Of a stretch of 35,655 bases of DNA, positions 1-9,166 are shown in pieces. Numbering within the stretch: position 1 is the stretch's first letter; each line of letters begins with the position of its first letter. The DNA comes from an uncultured Halothiobacillaceae bacterium. GTDB taxonomy: Bacteria > Pseudomonadota > Gammaproteobacteria > CAZROX01. The translations under genes were made by a program, and so were the position numbers. The notes beneath the pieces were generated by a model. That model was given only the letters and a program-made list of their open reading frames with translations, did no database searches and had not been told where the DNA came from. The stretch lies in the NCBI GenBank assembly GCA_964601845.1, contig CAZROX010000003.1, positions 2,191-37,845 on the forward strand. The letters are read 5' to 3'.

Positions 1-1
1 T

Positions 2-925
2 GTATATGGACTGCCTTTGCTGTTGCTTGTTTTTCTATGGCTAACAGCGCGCATATGTATTTTGTTTGGCGCCAATGCGTTGGCAGGAATCAGTGATGTG
101 TTTTTTATTGTATTGCTGAGCTTGGCGGTTGCTGTTCCAATTGTTAAAGCAAGACAATGGAGACAGCTGGCTATTTTATCAAAAGTTTTTGCGCTGGGTA
201 TTTTTAACGCCTTGTTTTATTTGGGCGCCTTAGGTTTGTTAGATACGGGTGTGTATCTGGGTATATATGGTGGGTTTTATGTAATTATTGCCATCATTCT
301 AACCATGAGTAGGCGGGTTATCCCATTTTTTATTGAAAAAGGCGTTGAAAATTCCGTGAAGTTATATAACTCAAAGCTGTTGGATATTGCCAGCTTGATT
401 GCGTTTTTGGTCTTTTTCATTGCGGAGTTGTTGCAAGGCTATCATTTGGTTGCCGGTTACAGTGCTTTGGTGCTTGGCGTACTCAATGCACTCAGGTTAA
501 TCGGCTGGTATACAAGCGGTTTATGGAAAAAGCCATTGTTATGGAGTGTGTACCTTGCATCATGGAGCATTAGTTTAGGATTTATTCTCTACTATTTGTC
601 TTATACTTTTGGATTGTCAAAATTTCTCGCTATTCATGCACTTGCCTACGGCGGCATTGGCATGATGACCATTGGCATGATGGCAAGAGTTGCATTAGGG
701 CACACAGGCAGAGGTATCCAGCACCCTCCTGCCATCATGTCAATCGCTTTTTTAATTTTGCTGGCAGGGACGTTGTTTAGAGTTTTTGCTCCAATACTAT
801 TGCCAGAGCATTACGTGCTATGGGTCAGTATTGCAATGGTTTGCTGGATCGTGGCATTTGCAATGTTTCTCTATGTCTACTTGCCAATGTTAATCAGTAA
901 AAGGATAGATGGACGGTTTGGTTAA
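2..925 (+). CDS. nnrS: NnrS family polytopic membrane protein, 5' end cut by the window edge
   Basis: The frame is open back to the window edge (the track ORF at 17 starts on an internal TTG). The protein is very hydrophobic and multi-TM, with the NnrS-typical motif HALAYGGIGMMTIGMMARVALGHTGR. Stop is TAA at 923-925. Confidence 0.8.
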   Translation, partial: VYGLPLLLLVFLWLTARICILFGANALAGISDVFFIVLLSLAVAVPIVKARQWRQLAILSKVFALGIFNALFYLGALGLLDTGVYLGIYGGFYVIIAIILTMSRRVIPFFIEKGVENSVKLYNSKLLDIASLIAFLVFFIAELLQGYHLVAGYSALVLGVLNALRLIGWYTSGLWKKPLLWSVYLASWSISLGFILYYLSYTFGLSKFLAIHALAYGGIGMMTIGMMARVALGHTGRGIQHPPAIMSIAFLILLAGTLFRVFAPILLPEHYVLWVSIAMVCWIVAFAMFLYVYLPMLISKRIDGRFG

Positions 926-1298
926 TACTAATTGTAAAGAGGCTAGTCAGCTAGATTGTGTATGGGTTGGTTATCAGCTCGTACAGGGGGCGATGTTTGC
1001 GGAAGTCAGGTAAACGGCATGTCTCAGCTTAAACAGCGGCCTAGTCGATAACTGGTTGAGCAGATCAATGGTTCAGGCAGGTGCGGGCGATGATGCGGGA
1101 ACGCATTACAGTGGGCGGAGCGCCATCGACACCCTCAACGTTCAGAGCGACAACCAAACAAGCACCAGCACGGCCTATCCGCACTGATATTACCTAACCG
1201 CAGGCTTTCAAGAGAGCCTCTAAATATGGCGCCTATCCACCATATTGAACATTGAGCAAACGTAATGTTGGTTATCTGTAATGTGGCTACTTAAGATG

Positions 1299-1304
1299 TA
1301 TAAT
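1299..1304 (+). promoter_or_regulatory. Candidate sigma70 -10 box (TATAAT) for the FG-GAP gene
   Basis: Perfect TATAAT at 1299-1304, preceded directly by TG. No good -35 was seen. It lies about 45 nt upstream of ATG 1350, which has a GAGG Shine-Dalgarno at 1337-1340. Confidence 0.25.
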
Positions 1305-1349
1305 TGGATTTTACTCTTGGCTATCTGTACCTATCTGAGGCTCAAGCTT

Positions 1350-2984
1350 ATGTTGTTGTTCAATCTTAAATCTTGCTTTAAATCCTGTGTGGCCCTGTCG
1401 GTTGTGTCTTTGGCACTGGGAATGGGGACTGTAAGCGCAGGTCCCAATACCCCCGGCCAGGTGAAGACATTTGAATTCACATGGGTGCATACAGACACCA
1501 CTGGGGTTAGCTACTACCGGCTAACGGAGAACCCAGATCGCATCAGTGGTTTTAGCGAAGTTGCCATCATCCCCTTAGAGAGCACTAGCTATGATTTGGA
1601 GGTGCCGCTGCACTTGCGTGCCGATGCGCGCTATATTTTGAGTGCGTGCACCGAGGCCGATCTGTGTTCTGATTCTAATCTGGTGGATATCAGCCATAAG
1701 GTGCCCGGGGCGATCGGTTATTTTAAGGCGAGCAATACCGCGGCTGGTGATTCATTTGGCGGCGCTACGAGCCTGAGTGCAGATGGCAACGTGTTAGTAG
1801 TCGGTGCTAGGCAAGCGGATGTCACGGACAGCGAAGTCGATGGCGATGTTGCACTCGCCAGCGCAGGTGCGGTCTATGTGTTTGAAAAGAGCGACGGAAT
1901 CTGGGCAGAAACGGCCTACATTACAGCCAGCAATGCCGGCGCGGGCGATCGGTTTGGTAATGCAGTGAGTTTAAACGCCGATGGTAGCATTTTGGCGGTA
2001 GGGGCTTTTCAAGAGGACAGCAGTGCCGGCGCGGTGTATCTGTTCGAAAAACAAGATGATAGCTGGGTTCAGCGTGCCTACATCAAGGCTGACAATGCCG
2101 CTGCCGATAGCCAATTTGGCCAAGCGGTTAGCCTGAATGCCGATGGCACCATCTTGGCAGTGGGCGCTAATCTCGAGAGTGCCGGTGCAGGCGCGGTCTA
2201 CGTGTTTGAACAAGGTGCTAGCAATTGGGCTCAAGCGAGTTACATTCAGGCCGACGAGGCCGATGCAGCCGATTCATTTGGTAGCACAGTCAGCTTGAGT
2301 CGCGATGGTGACGTTCTGGCAGTGGGTGCGAGCAGTGAAGATGGCGGTGCGGTCTATGTTTTTGAGCAGCACTTTGGCAGCTGGGACCAGAGCGCCAACA
2401 TCAAGCCCGACAACAGCACAGCCGATGACCTATTTGGCTCGGCTATCAGCCTGAGCGCCGATGGCAATGTGCTAGCAGTGGGCGCCGGCGGTGAGGATGG
2501 TGTCGCCTCTGACGTCGAGGGCGATAACTCGATTAGCAACTCAGGTGCCGCCTATTTGTTTACAAGGAATGAGGATAGCTGGGACCAGAGCGCCTATATC
2601 AAGGCGAGCAATGCGGATGTCGGTGATGCATTTGGTACAGCTGTGAGCTTGAATGCCGATGGCAGCATCTTGGCAGTGAGCGCCGCTTTTGAGGGTAGCG
2701 ATGCGACAGCGATTAACGGCGCTCAGGACAGCGACGCCGCCAGTACTGCGGGCGCGGGCGCGGCCTATGTGTTCAAAAAACGTGATGCCGACTGGAATCA
2801 AATCGCCTACATCAAGGCCAGTAACACCGATGCTGACGATGCTTTTGGTGCAGCTGTGAGCCTGAGTGCCGATGGCAATGTCTTAGCAGTTGGCGCTACC
2901 GGCGAGGCGGGTAAGACCACGGGTGTCGATGGCGATCAGGGCGATAACTCAGCTGCGGGCGCGGGTGCGGTCTATCTGTATTGA
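1350..2984 (+). CDS. Secreted FG-GAP repeat (integrin-alpha-like beta-propeller) protein with an N-terminal FN3-like module
   Basis: ATG 1350 has a GAGG 9 nt upstream and begins a signal-peptide-like N-terminus, MLLFNLKSCFKSCVALSVVSLALGMGTVSA|G. Seven tandem repeats of 52-71 aa follow, with consensus YIKASN..xDxFGxAVSLSADGNxLAVGA..(loop)..GAVYVFE....W.Q.A (FG and GA(P) signatures). The track ORF start at 1281 lies upstream of the candidate -10 box and adds a non-signal-like extension. Confidence 0.85.
   Translation: MLLFNLKSCFKSCVALSVVSLALGMGTVSAGPNTPGQVKTFEFTWVHTDTTGVSYYRLTENPDRISGFSEVAIIPLESTSYDLEVPLHLRADARYILSACTEADLCSDSNLVDISHKVPGAIGYFKASNTAAGDSFGGATSLSADGNVLVVGARQADVTDSEVDGDVALASAGAVYVFEKSDGIWAETAYITASNAGAGDRFGNAVSLNADGSILAVGAFQEDSSAGAVYLFEKQDDSWVQRAYIKADNAAADSQFGQAVSLNADGTILAVGANLESAGAGAVYVFEQGASNWAQASYIQADEADAADSFGSTVSLSRDGDVLAVGASSEDGGAVYVFEQHFGSWDQSANIKPDNSTADDLFGSAISLSADGNVLAVGAGGEDGVASDVEGDNSISNSGAAYLFTRNEDSWDQSAYIKASNADVGDAFGTAVSLNADGSILAVSAAFEGSDATAINGAQDSDAASTAGAGAAYVFKKRDADWNQIAYIKASNTDADDAFGAAVSLSADGNVLAVGATGEAGKTTGVDGDQGDNSAAGAGAVYLY
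1719..2981 (+). repeat. Seven tandem intragenic FG-GAP repeat units (156-213 nt each)
   Basis: Repeat units start at nt 1719, 1917, 2079, 2241, 2397, 2595 and 2808 (codons for Y/N-I-K/T/Q...). Strings such as gcggtctatgtgtttga recur. Mirror-image antisense ORFs in the track (1971-2234, 2354-2539, 2541-2801) are by-products of this periodicity. Confidence 0.9.
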
Positions 2985-3095
2985 TCGACGATCCGGGTGC
3001 ACTGCTTTTTTGATGGCAGCGGTGGTGATCGAGTCGATCATCACCTAGCCAAAAAGACTGTCACTATCACCCTTTGCTAAATCAATGTGAGTGAC

Positions 3096-3134
3096 TTGGG
3101 GCGACTAAACACTGTCGCCCCAACTTCTTTTTCT
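3096..3134 (+). terminator. Rho-independent terminator downstream of the FG-GAP gene
   Basis: 10-bp perfect stem ttggggcgac (3096-3105) / gtcgccccaa (3114-3123), 8-nt loop, then the T-rich tail cttctttttct. A second 7-bp hairpin gctggag/ctccagc follows at 3136-3154. Confidence 0.75.
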
Positions 3135-3248
3135 GGCTGGAGACACGCTCCAGCATCCTGTTACCTTTTACCTATCCTGACTAGTTAAATCTAAAGCTCA
3201 CTCAAAGTGCTTGGCATGTGCGCCGGTGAACCGCCCCTTGGGGTGATG

Positions 3249-3650
3249 TCACGCTGAATCCTCTGCACTAGTCGTGGTATCCACCGCCGGAATACGAGCG
3301 ATAAAGTGCCCTTTAATACCCCGAGGCCAGTCGCTGTAGGAGAACTTACCGGTTGCCGACTGGGTGTAGACGTCAAACGCCTCTAGCACCGTCTGGGCGC
3401 TCTGTTGATCTGGGGCGAAGCGCCCGACTATATAGCCGTGCTTACCCGGTGCTGAAAAGAACAGGTTGCAGTGGTTGTCGCAGGCCATCATGCAGTGGCT
3501 CGGTCGAATCTCTGGGACTGAGTTGGGTGCCTGCTCGCGCAGGCTGAGCAGGGCCTCGTACAGCAGCTGACCGCCGCGTCGGCCCTGTGCATCGTGCTTG
3601 TCCGTCTTGCTGTAGCGACAGGTTTGGCAGACGTGGATACAGTGGTACAT
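3249..3650 (-). CDS. DUF1636 family predicted metal-binding (thioredoxin-like, Cys-rich) protein
   Basis: ATG at 3650 is preceded by GAGGAG at about 8 nt. The protein starts MYHCIHVCQTCRY and carries a second Cys cluster, HCMMACDNHC, with a RIP motif near the C-terminus, as in DUF1636 proteins. The track ORF start at 3680 adds 10 aa and has no RBS. Confidence 0.7.
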   Translation of the reverse strand: MYHCIHVCQTCRYSKTDKHDAQGRRGGQLLYEALLSLREQAPNSVPEIRPSHCMMACDNHCNLFFSAPGKHGYIVGRFAPDQQSAQTVLEAFDVYTQSATGKFSYSDWPRGIKGHFIARIPAVDTTTSAEDSA

Positions 3651-3814
3651 AGAGATACTCCTCGGTATTGCATCACCCATTATATTGAATTGGTTAGAGG
3701 GGATGGCAGTATGCCCGCACTTTTGTCGCAGCCAATACTTTGTTATATTCGCACCTCGTAAGAGCCTTTATGTCGATGCGCTTCAATCTCAATTTAATCC
3801 CGGGTCGGTAAACA

Positions 3815-5515
3815 TTGCGCAAACAAACTAATTTGACTGGTGGTAAAAAACGGCTCGGCAAGTCCAAAGGGCGCCCGGTCGATTCACAGGCACTGGCGCA
3901 GGTGCGCGCCCTGCTGGGTGATGCACCTTTGGTGCGGCATCGATTGATCGAATACCTACATGTGATCCAAGATCACTGCGGGCATTTGTCCGCCGCCAAT
4001 TTGGTCGCGCTGGCCTCGATGATGCAGCTGGCAACGACAGAGGTGTACGAGGTCGCCACTTTCTATCATCACTTCGATGTGATTAAGGATGGCCAGACGC
4101 CGCCACCTGCACTGACAGTGCGGGTCTGTAATTCTATGAGCTGTGACATGCAGGGCGCACGCGATCTGATCGAAGCATTGCGCACAGCCCAGCCCGATGT
4201 GCGAATCCAGCCCGTGCCTTGTGTCGGGCGTTGCGATAAGGCGCCGGTCGCGGTGGTTGGGCAGTACACGGTCGATAACGCCTGCGCGGCATCGGTCGAT
4301 CGGGCCATAGCCGAGGGTGCGCGCGAGCAGCCGCTAGAGGCGGATACGGTGCATTTTGATGCTTATCGCGCTGCTGGTGGTTACAAGCTATTGCAGCGGG
4401 TTCGCGCCGGTGAGATGACAGATGACGCCGTGCTGGGCGAGTTGGAGAAGAGCAGTCTGCGTGGCCTCGGTGGTGCAGGGTTTCCGTTGGGGCGCAAGTG
4501 GCGCATTTTGCGCGATCAGCCGGCGCCGAGATTACTGGCGGTGAATGTCGATGAGGGTGAACCGGGCACGTTTAAGGATCGGCACTATCTGTTGCAGGAT
4601 CCGCATCGGTTTTTAGAGGGCATGTTAATTGCCGCCCAGCTGGTCGATATCAGCCAGATATATATCTATGTGCGCGATGAATACCCCTCGGTGACCGCTA
4701 CGCTAAAGCTGGCGCTAGAAGATCTTGCTAAGCTTGATATACCGCTGCCGAGCATCGAGCTGCGGCGCGGTGCCGGTGCCTATATTTGCGGCGAGGAGTC
4801 GGCCATGATCGAGTCTATCGAGGGCAAGCGCGGCTTGCCGCGTCTGCGCCCGCCTTATGTGGCCCAGGTAGGGCTGTTTGGCCGCCCGACACTGGAGCAC
4901 AATTGCGAGAGCCTGTGGTGGGTGCGCGATATTCTAGAAAAGGGCGCGGACTGGTTCGATGGCCACGGCCGTCATGGTCGCAAGGGCTTGCGCAGTTTCT
5001 CTGTCTCCGGTCGGGTGAACAACCCCGGGGTGCATTTGGCACCGGCTGGTATCACATTGCTTGAATTGATCGATGAGCACTGTGGTGGCATGCTCGATGG
5101 GCATCAGCTGTACGGTTATTTTCCCGGCGGTGCATCGGGCGGTATTTTGCCGGCGTCGATGGCCGATATCCCACTCGATTTCGACACGCTACAACCCCAC
5201 GGCTGCTTTATCGGCTCGGCGGCGATTATCGTACTCTCTGAGCACGATAGCGCGAAGGAGGCGGCGATCAACGCGATGCAGTTTTTTGCTCACGAGTCCT
5301 GCGGCCAGTGCACGCCCTGTCGTCTGGGCACAGAGAAGGCGGTTGGCCTGATGCGCCAAACCGCGTGGGACAAGCCGCTGTTAGATGACCTCACTCAGGT
5401 GATGGTCGATGCATCGATTTGCGGCTTGGGTCAGGCGGCACCCAACCCCATGCAATCGGTCATGCGCTATTTTCCACACGAAGTCGGTTTGCGCACCAAA
5501 GAGGACACGCATTGA
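3815..5515 (+). CDS. fdsB: NAD-dependent formate dehydrogenase beta subunit (fused NuoE-like [2Fe-2S] and NuoF-like FMN/[4Fe-4S] domains)
   Basis: NuoE-type Cys pattern CNSMSC...CVGRC; NuoF motifs GLGGAGFP, GEPGTFKDR and ESCGQCTPCR. The only in-frame starts after the TAA at 3809-3811 are TTG 3815 and TTG 3833, with no ATG or GTG. The stop overlaps the alpha-subunit start (TGATG). Confidence 0.85.
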   Translation: MRKQTNLTGGKKRLGKSKGRPVDSQALAQVRALLGDAPLVRHRLIEYLHVIQDHCGHLSAANLVALASMMQLATTEVYEVATFYHHFDVIKDGQTPPPALTVRVCNSMSCDMQGARDLIEALRTAQPDVRIQPVPCVGRCDKAPVAVVGQYTVDNACAASVDRAIAEGAREQPLEADTVHFDAYRAAGGYKLLQRVRAGEMTDDAVLGELEKSSLRGLGGAGFPLGRKWRILRDQPAPRLLAVNVDEGEPGTFKDRHYLLQDPHRFLEGMLIAAQLVDISQIYIYVRDEYPSVTATLKLALEDLAKLDIPLPSIELRRGAGAYICGEESAMIESIEGKRGLPRLRPPYVAQVGLFGRPTLEHNCESLWWVRDILEKGADWFDGHGRHGRKGLRSFSVSGRVNNPGVHLAPAGITLLELIDEHCGGMLDGHQLYGYFPGGASGGILPASMADIPLDFDTLQPHGCFIGSAAIIVLSEHDSAKEAAINAMQFFAHESCGQCTPCRLGTEKAVGLMRQTAWDKPLLDDLTQVMVDASICGLGQAAPNPMQSVMRYFPHEVGLRTKEDTH

Positions 5516-8235
5516 TGTTACAGGAATCGGTTTCTTTTACGCTCGATGGTCGCACGGTCGAGGCGCTGGCCGGCGAGAGCATTTTGCAGGTGGCGCGCCG
5601 TCTGGGCACGTCTATCTCACATCTTTGCTATACCGATGGCATGCGAGCCGATGGCAACTGCCGAGCTTGCGTGGTAGAAATTGAGGGCGAGCGCGTACTG
5701 GCACCGAGCTGTGTGCGCCAACCCGAGCCGGGCATGGTGGTACACACCAACAACGCCCGCGCGCGAAAATCACAAAAACTGGTGTTGGAGCTGCTGGCAG
5801 GCGATATGCCGCAGGTGGCCTACACGCTCGATGATGAGCTGGCATTTTGGTGTCGCGAGCTCGACGTCCAATCGCCGCGCTTTGAGGCGCGTGTGCAGCC
5901 GGTGGCAGATCAGTCGCACCCGGCGATCAGCGTCAATATGGATGCTTGCATACAGTGCACGCGCTGCGTGCGCGCCTGCCGAGAAGTGCAGGTAAACGAT
6001 GTGATTGGCCTTGCGCATCGCGGTGCTGAGGCCAAGATTGTGTTCGATCTAGACGACCCGATGGGAGACAGCTCCTGCGTTGCTTGTGGCGAGTGCGTTG
6101 CGGCCTGTCCGACCGGCGCCCTGAGCAATGCAGGTGGCGCCCACCTCGAGCAAAGCGATCGCAAGGTGGATTCGGTTTGCCCCTACTGTGGTGTCGGCTG
6201 TCTGCTGACCTACCATGTGAAGGATGATCGCATCCAGCGCGTCGAGGGACGTGCAGGCCCTGCCAATCTCGAACGCCTGTGTGTCAAGGGGCGCTACGGC
6301 TTCGACTACATCACCCATCCGCACCGATTGTTAAAGCCTTTGGTACGTCGAGCCGGTGTGCCCAAGGATCTCGATCTCTTCAACCCCGACGATCTGTCCA
6401 ATATGTTCGTCGAGACAACTTGGGAGGAGGCGCTGGCACGTGCCGCCGATGGCCTGGGCGATCTGCGCGATCGACATGGCTCGGGCTCGCTGGCGGGGTT
6501 CGGCTCGGCCAAGGGCAGCAACGAGGAGGCCTATTTGTTTCAAAAGTTGGTGCGGGTTGGCTTTGGCACCAACAATGTCGATCACTGTACCCGCCTGTGT
6601 CACGCCTCCAGCGTGGCGGCGCTGCTAGAGGGCATCGGCTCGGGTGCGGTATCCAATCAGGTAGACGATGTCGCTAAGGCGGATGTGATTTTTGTCATAG
6701 GTGCCAATCCAGCCTCCAACCACCCAGTTGCCGCCACCTTTATGAAAAATGCCATCAAGGCAGGCAAGACGCTCATACTGGCAGATCCAAGGCGTACCGA
6801 TCTGGCCCGTCATGCGCAGCACTTTTTGCAATTTAGCCCCGATACCGATGTGGCATTGCTCAACTCCATGCTCTACACCATCTTGGAAGAGGATTTGATC
6901 GACCGCACATTTATCGACAATCGCACCGAGAACTTCGACAGCCTGCGGGCGGGCGTGCGCGACTTTAGCCCCGAGGCGATGGCATCTGTCACCGGCATTG
7001 ACGCCCAGACTATCCGACAGGTTGCGCGCTTGTTTGCCACCTCAAAAGCCTCGATGATTTTTTGGGGCATGGGCATCTCACAGCATGTGCATGGCACCGA
7101 TAATGCCCGCTGCCTGATTGCGCTGTCGCTGATTACAGGCCAGATCGGTCGCCCTGGCACAGGCTTGCACCCATTGCGCGGACAAAATAATGTACAGGGC
7201 GCCTCCGATGCGGGCTTGATCCCCATGATGATGCCAGACTATCAGCGGGTGGATAACGATCAGGCGCGCGAGCGCATGGCATCCTATTGGGGCGGCGAAA
7301 TCGATCGGGCGCCCGGTTTGACCGTGGTCGAAATCATGCACGCGGCCCTGTCCGGCACCATTAAGGGGATGTATGTGATGGGAGAGAATCCGGCCATGTC
7401 GGACCCCAATCTACACCATGCCCGCAAAGCGCTGGCATCGTTGCAGCACTTGGTGGTGCAGGATATTTTCCCGACCGAGACCTGCGCTTACGCCGATGTC
7501 ATTTTGCCCGCCTCGGCCTGGCCAGAAAAAGATGGCACCGTGACCAACACCGATCGACGCGTGCAGCGGGGGCGGGCCGCTGTGCCCTTGCCGGGCGAGG
7601 CGCGGCAGGATTTGTGGATTATTCGAGATATCGGCCAGCGACTCGGGCTGGACTGGTCGTACCAACAGGTGTCGGAAGTATACGAGGAGATGCGCGGTGC
7701 CATGCCGAGCATCAGCGGCATCTCGTGGGAGCGCCTAGAGCTGGCCGACTCGATCACCTACCCCTGTGCCGACGAGCAGGACCCAGGGCAGCCGGTGGTC
7801 TTTTTACGCGATTTCCCCACCGCTAGCGGACGCGCTAAACTGATGCCAACCAAGCTCATTCCGGCGGCGGAGCGGCCAGATGACGCCTACCCCTATGTGC
7901 TGATTACCGGTCGGCAACTGGAGCATTGGCACACCGGCTCCATGACGCGGCGCGCGAGTGCGCTCGATGCCATCGAGCCTGGGCCGGTGGTGTTTATTCA
8001 CCCAGATGATCTGGATAAGCTCGGGGTGCAAGCTGGCGAGGATATGCAGTTGACCTCGCGCCGTGGCAAGGTGACCGCTGCTGTGCGCAACGATTCCAAT
8101 ATGCGACCGGGCGAGGTGTTTATGCCTTTTTGCTATCAGGAGGCGGCGGCCAATCTGCTGACCATCGACGCCCTCGACCCGATGGGCAAAATTCCCGAAT
8201 TCAAGTACTGTGCGGTTAGCTTACAAAGGCAATAA
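5515..8235 (+). CDS. fdhF: Formate dehydrogenase alpha subunit (NuoG-like Fe-S N-terminus plus molybdo/tungstopterin catalytic domain), Cys-type
   Basis: Start [17 protein letters not shown] at ATG 5515-5517, overlapping the beta-subunit stop TGA 5513-5515. Contains a [2Fe-2S] motif [15 protein letters not shown], [4Fe-4S] motifs [11 protein letters not shown] and [14 protein letters not shown], the MopB motif CPYCGVGC, and the active-site region [10 protein letters not shown] with TGT (Cys) at 6598-6600 and no in-frame TGA. The track ORF start at 5419 is a spurious extension inside the beta-subunit gene. Confidence 0.92.
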   Translation: MLQESVSFTLDGRTVEALAGESILQVARRLGTSISHLCYTDGMRADGNCRACVVEIEGERVLAPSCVRQPEPGMVVHTNNARARKSQKLVLELLAGDMPQVAYTLDDELAFWCRELDVQSPRFEARVQPVADQSHPAISVNMDACIQCTRCVRACREVQVNDVIGLAHRGAEAKIVFDLDDPMGDSSCVACGECVAACPTGALSNAGGAHLEQSDRKVDSVCPYCGVGCLLTYHVKDDRIQRVEGRAGPANLERLCVKGRYGFDYITHPHRLLKPLVRRAGVPKDLDLFNPDDLSNMFVETTWEEALARAADGLGDLRDRHGSGSLAGFGSAKGSNEEAYLFQKLVRVGFGTNNVDHCTRLCHASSVAALLEGIGSGAVSNQVDDVAKADVIFVIGANPASNHPVAATFMKNAIKAGKTLILADPRRTDLARHAQHFLQFSPDTDVALLNSMLYTILEEDLIDRTFIDNRTENFDSLRAGVRDFSPEAMASVTGIDAQTIRQVARLFATSKASMIFWGMGISQHVHGTDNARCLIALSLITGQIGRPGTGLHPLRGQNNVQGASDAGLIPMMMPDYQRVDNDQARERMASYWGGEIDRAPGLTVVEIMHAALSGTIKGMYVMGENPAMSDPNLHHARKALASLQHLVVQDIFPTETCAYADVILPASAWPEKDGTVTNTDRRVQRGRAAVPLPGEARQDLWIIRDIGQRLGLDWSYQQVSEVYEEMRGAMPSISGISWERLELADSITYPCADEQDPGQPVVFLRDFPTASGRAKLMPTKLIPAAERPDDAYPYVLITGRQLEHWHTGSMTRRASALDAIEPGPVVFIHPDDLDKLGVQAGEDMQLTSRRGKVTAAVRNDSNMRPGEVFMPFCYQEAAANLLTIDALDPMGKIPEFKYCAVSLQRQ

Positions 8236-8240
8236 ATTCT

Positions 8241-9116
8241 ATGACAAATCGAATTGATGGCAAGGCATTTGCCGCGCGTTTGCGCCAGGATGTAGCGCGT
8301 CGAGTCGCCCACCTCAAAGAGGAGGGAATTGTGCCGGGGCTGGCAGTGGTATTGCTGGGAGAGGATGCGGCCAGTCAGGTCTATGTCGCCAGCAAGGCCA
8401 AGCACACAGTCGAGTGTGGCATGCAGTCTTTTGAACACAAAATGCCCGCAACCACCACCCAAGAGCAATTGCTGCAATTGATCGACCAGCTCAATGCCGA
8501 TCGCTCGGTGCATGGCATTTTGGTACAGCTACCCCTGCCAAAACACATCGACAGCGATCGCGTGGTCAATGCAATCAGCCCCGATAAAGATGTCGATGGA
8601 TTTTGCCTGCTGAATGTCGCCCGCCTGTCGATCGGGGTCGATTGCATCGTGCCCTGTACCCCGCTCGGTTGCCTGATGTTGCTGCAAGATCACCTAGGCG
8701 ATCTCAGTGGCAAGCACGCACTGGTGCTCGGGCGCTCCAACATAGTCGGCAAGCCCATGGCGGCCTTGCTGCTGCGAGAAAACTGCACGGTCACCATCGC
8801 CCACTCTCGCACGCACAATCTGCCCGATATGTGTCGCCAGGCCGATATCCTAGTCGCTGCGGTTGGTCGCCCGAAGATGGTGCAGGGCAGTTGGATCAAG
8901 CCCGGTGCCGTGGTGATCGATGTCGGTATCAATCGCATTGAGCTGCCAGATGGCAAAACCAAGCTGGTCGGCGATGTCGACTACGACAGTGCCATGGGGA
9001 TTGCAGGCGCGATTACACCGGTGCCCGGTGGAGTCGGCCCTATGACGATCGCCGTGTTGTTACACAATACGCTACAACAGTGTGCGCGCATTGAACAGGT
9101 TGCGTTGCCAGCGTGA
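8241..9116 (+). CDS. folD: Bifunctional 5,10-methylene-tetrahydrofolate dehydrogenase/cyclohydrolase
   Basis: Full-length match by eye to FolD: IDGKAFA...[51 protein letters not shown]. Starts 5 nt after the fdh alpha-subunit stop. Confidence 0.95.
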   Translation: MTNRIDGKAFAARLRQDVARRVAHLKEEGIVPGLAVVLLGEDAASQVYVASKAKHTVECGMQSFEHKMPATTTQEQLLQLIDQLNADRSVHGILVQLPLPKHIDSDRVVNAISPDKDVDGFCLLNVARLSIGVDCIVPCTPLGCLMLLQDHLGDLSGKHALVLGRSNIVGKPMAALLLRENCTVTIAHSRTHNLPDMCRQADILVAAVGRPKMVQGSWIKPGAVVIDVGINRIELPDGKTKLVGDVDYDSAMGIAGAITPVPGGVGPMTIAVLLHNTLQQCARIEQVALPA

Positions 9117-9166
9117 TACATCTGCCGTGGTGTGTGCGCATGGCGGGGTGATTGAGGATAGATAAG

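Noticed and set aside
1068-1187. 39-codon ORF with weak RTX-like glycine/aspartate pattern, considered as a real small gene.
   Set aside because: No SD, very short, and the resemblance to GGxGxD repeats is loose. It is kept only as a possible decayed fragment (see the finding on 926-1349).
1281-1349. Upstream ATG extension of the FG-GAP ORF (MWLLKMYNWILLLAICTYLRLKL...).
   Set aside because: ATG 1350 has a GAGG SD and yields a normal signal peptide. The candidate -10 box (1299-1304) lies downstream of ATG 1281, and the extension would bury the signal peptide.
3651-3814. Looked for a Moco (molybdenum cofactor) riboswitch or other structured leader upstream of the formate dehydrogenase genes.
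   Set aside because: Only a vague resemblance (gcacctcgtaagagcc). I could not find the conserved paired elements by eye. A covariance-model scan would be needed, so no call is made.
6598-6600. Possible selenocysteine (in-frame TGA) at the FDH alpha active site.
   Set aside because: The aligned position in [10 protein letters not shown] is a TGT Cys codon, and the gene has no internal TGA. This is a Cys-type enzyme, so no SECIS element is expected.
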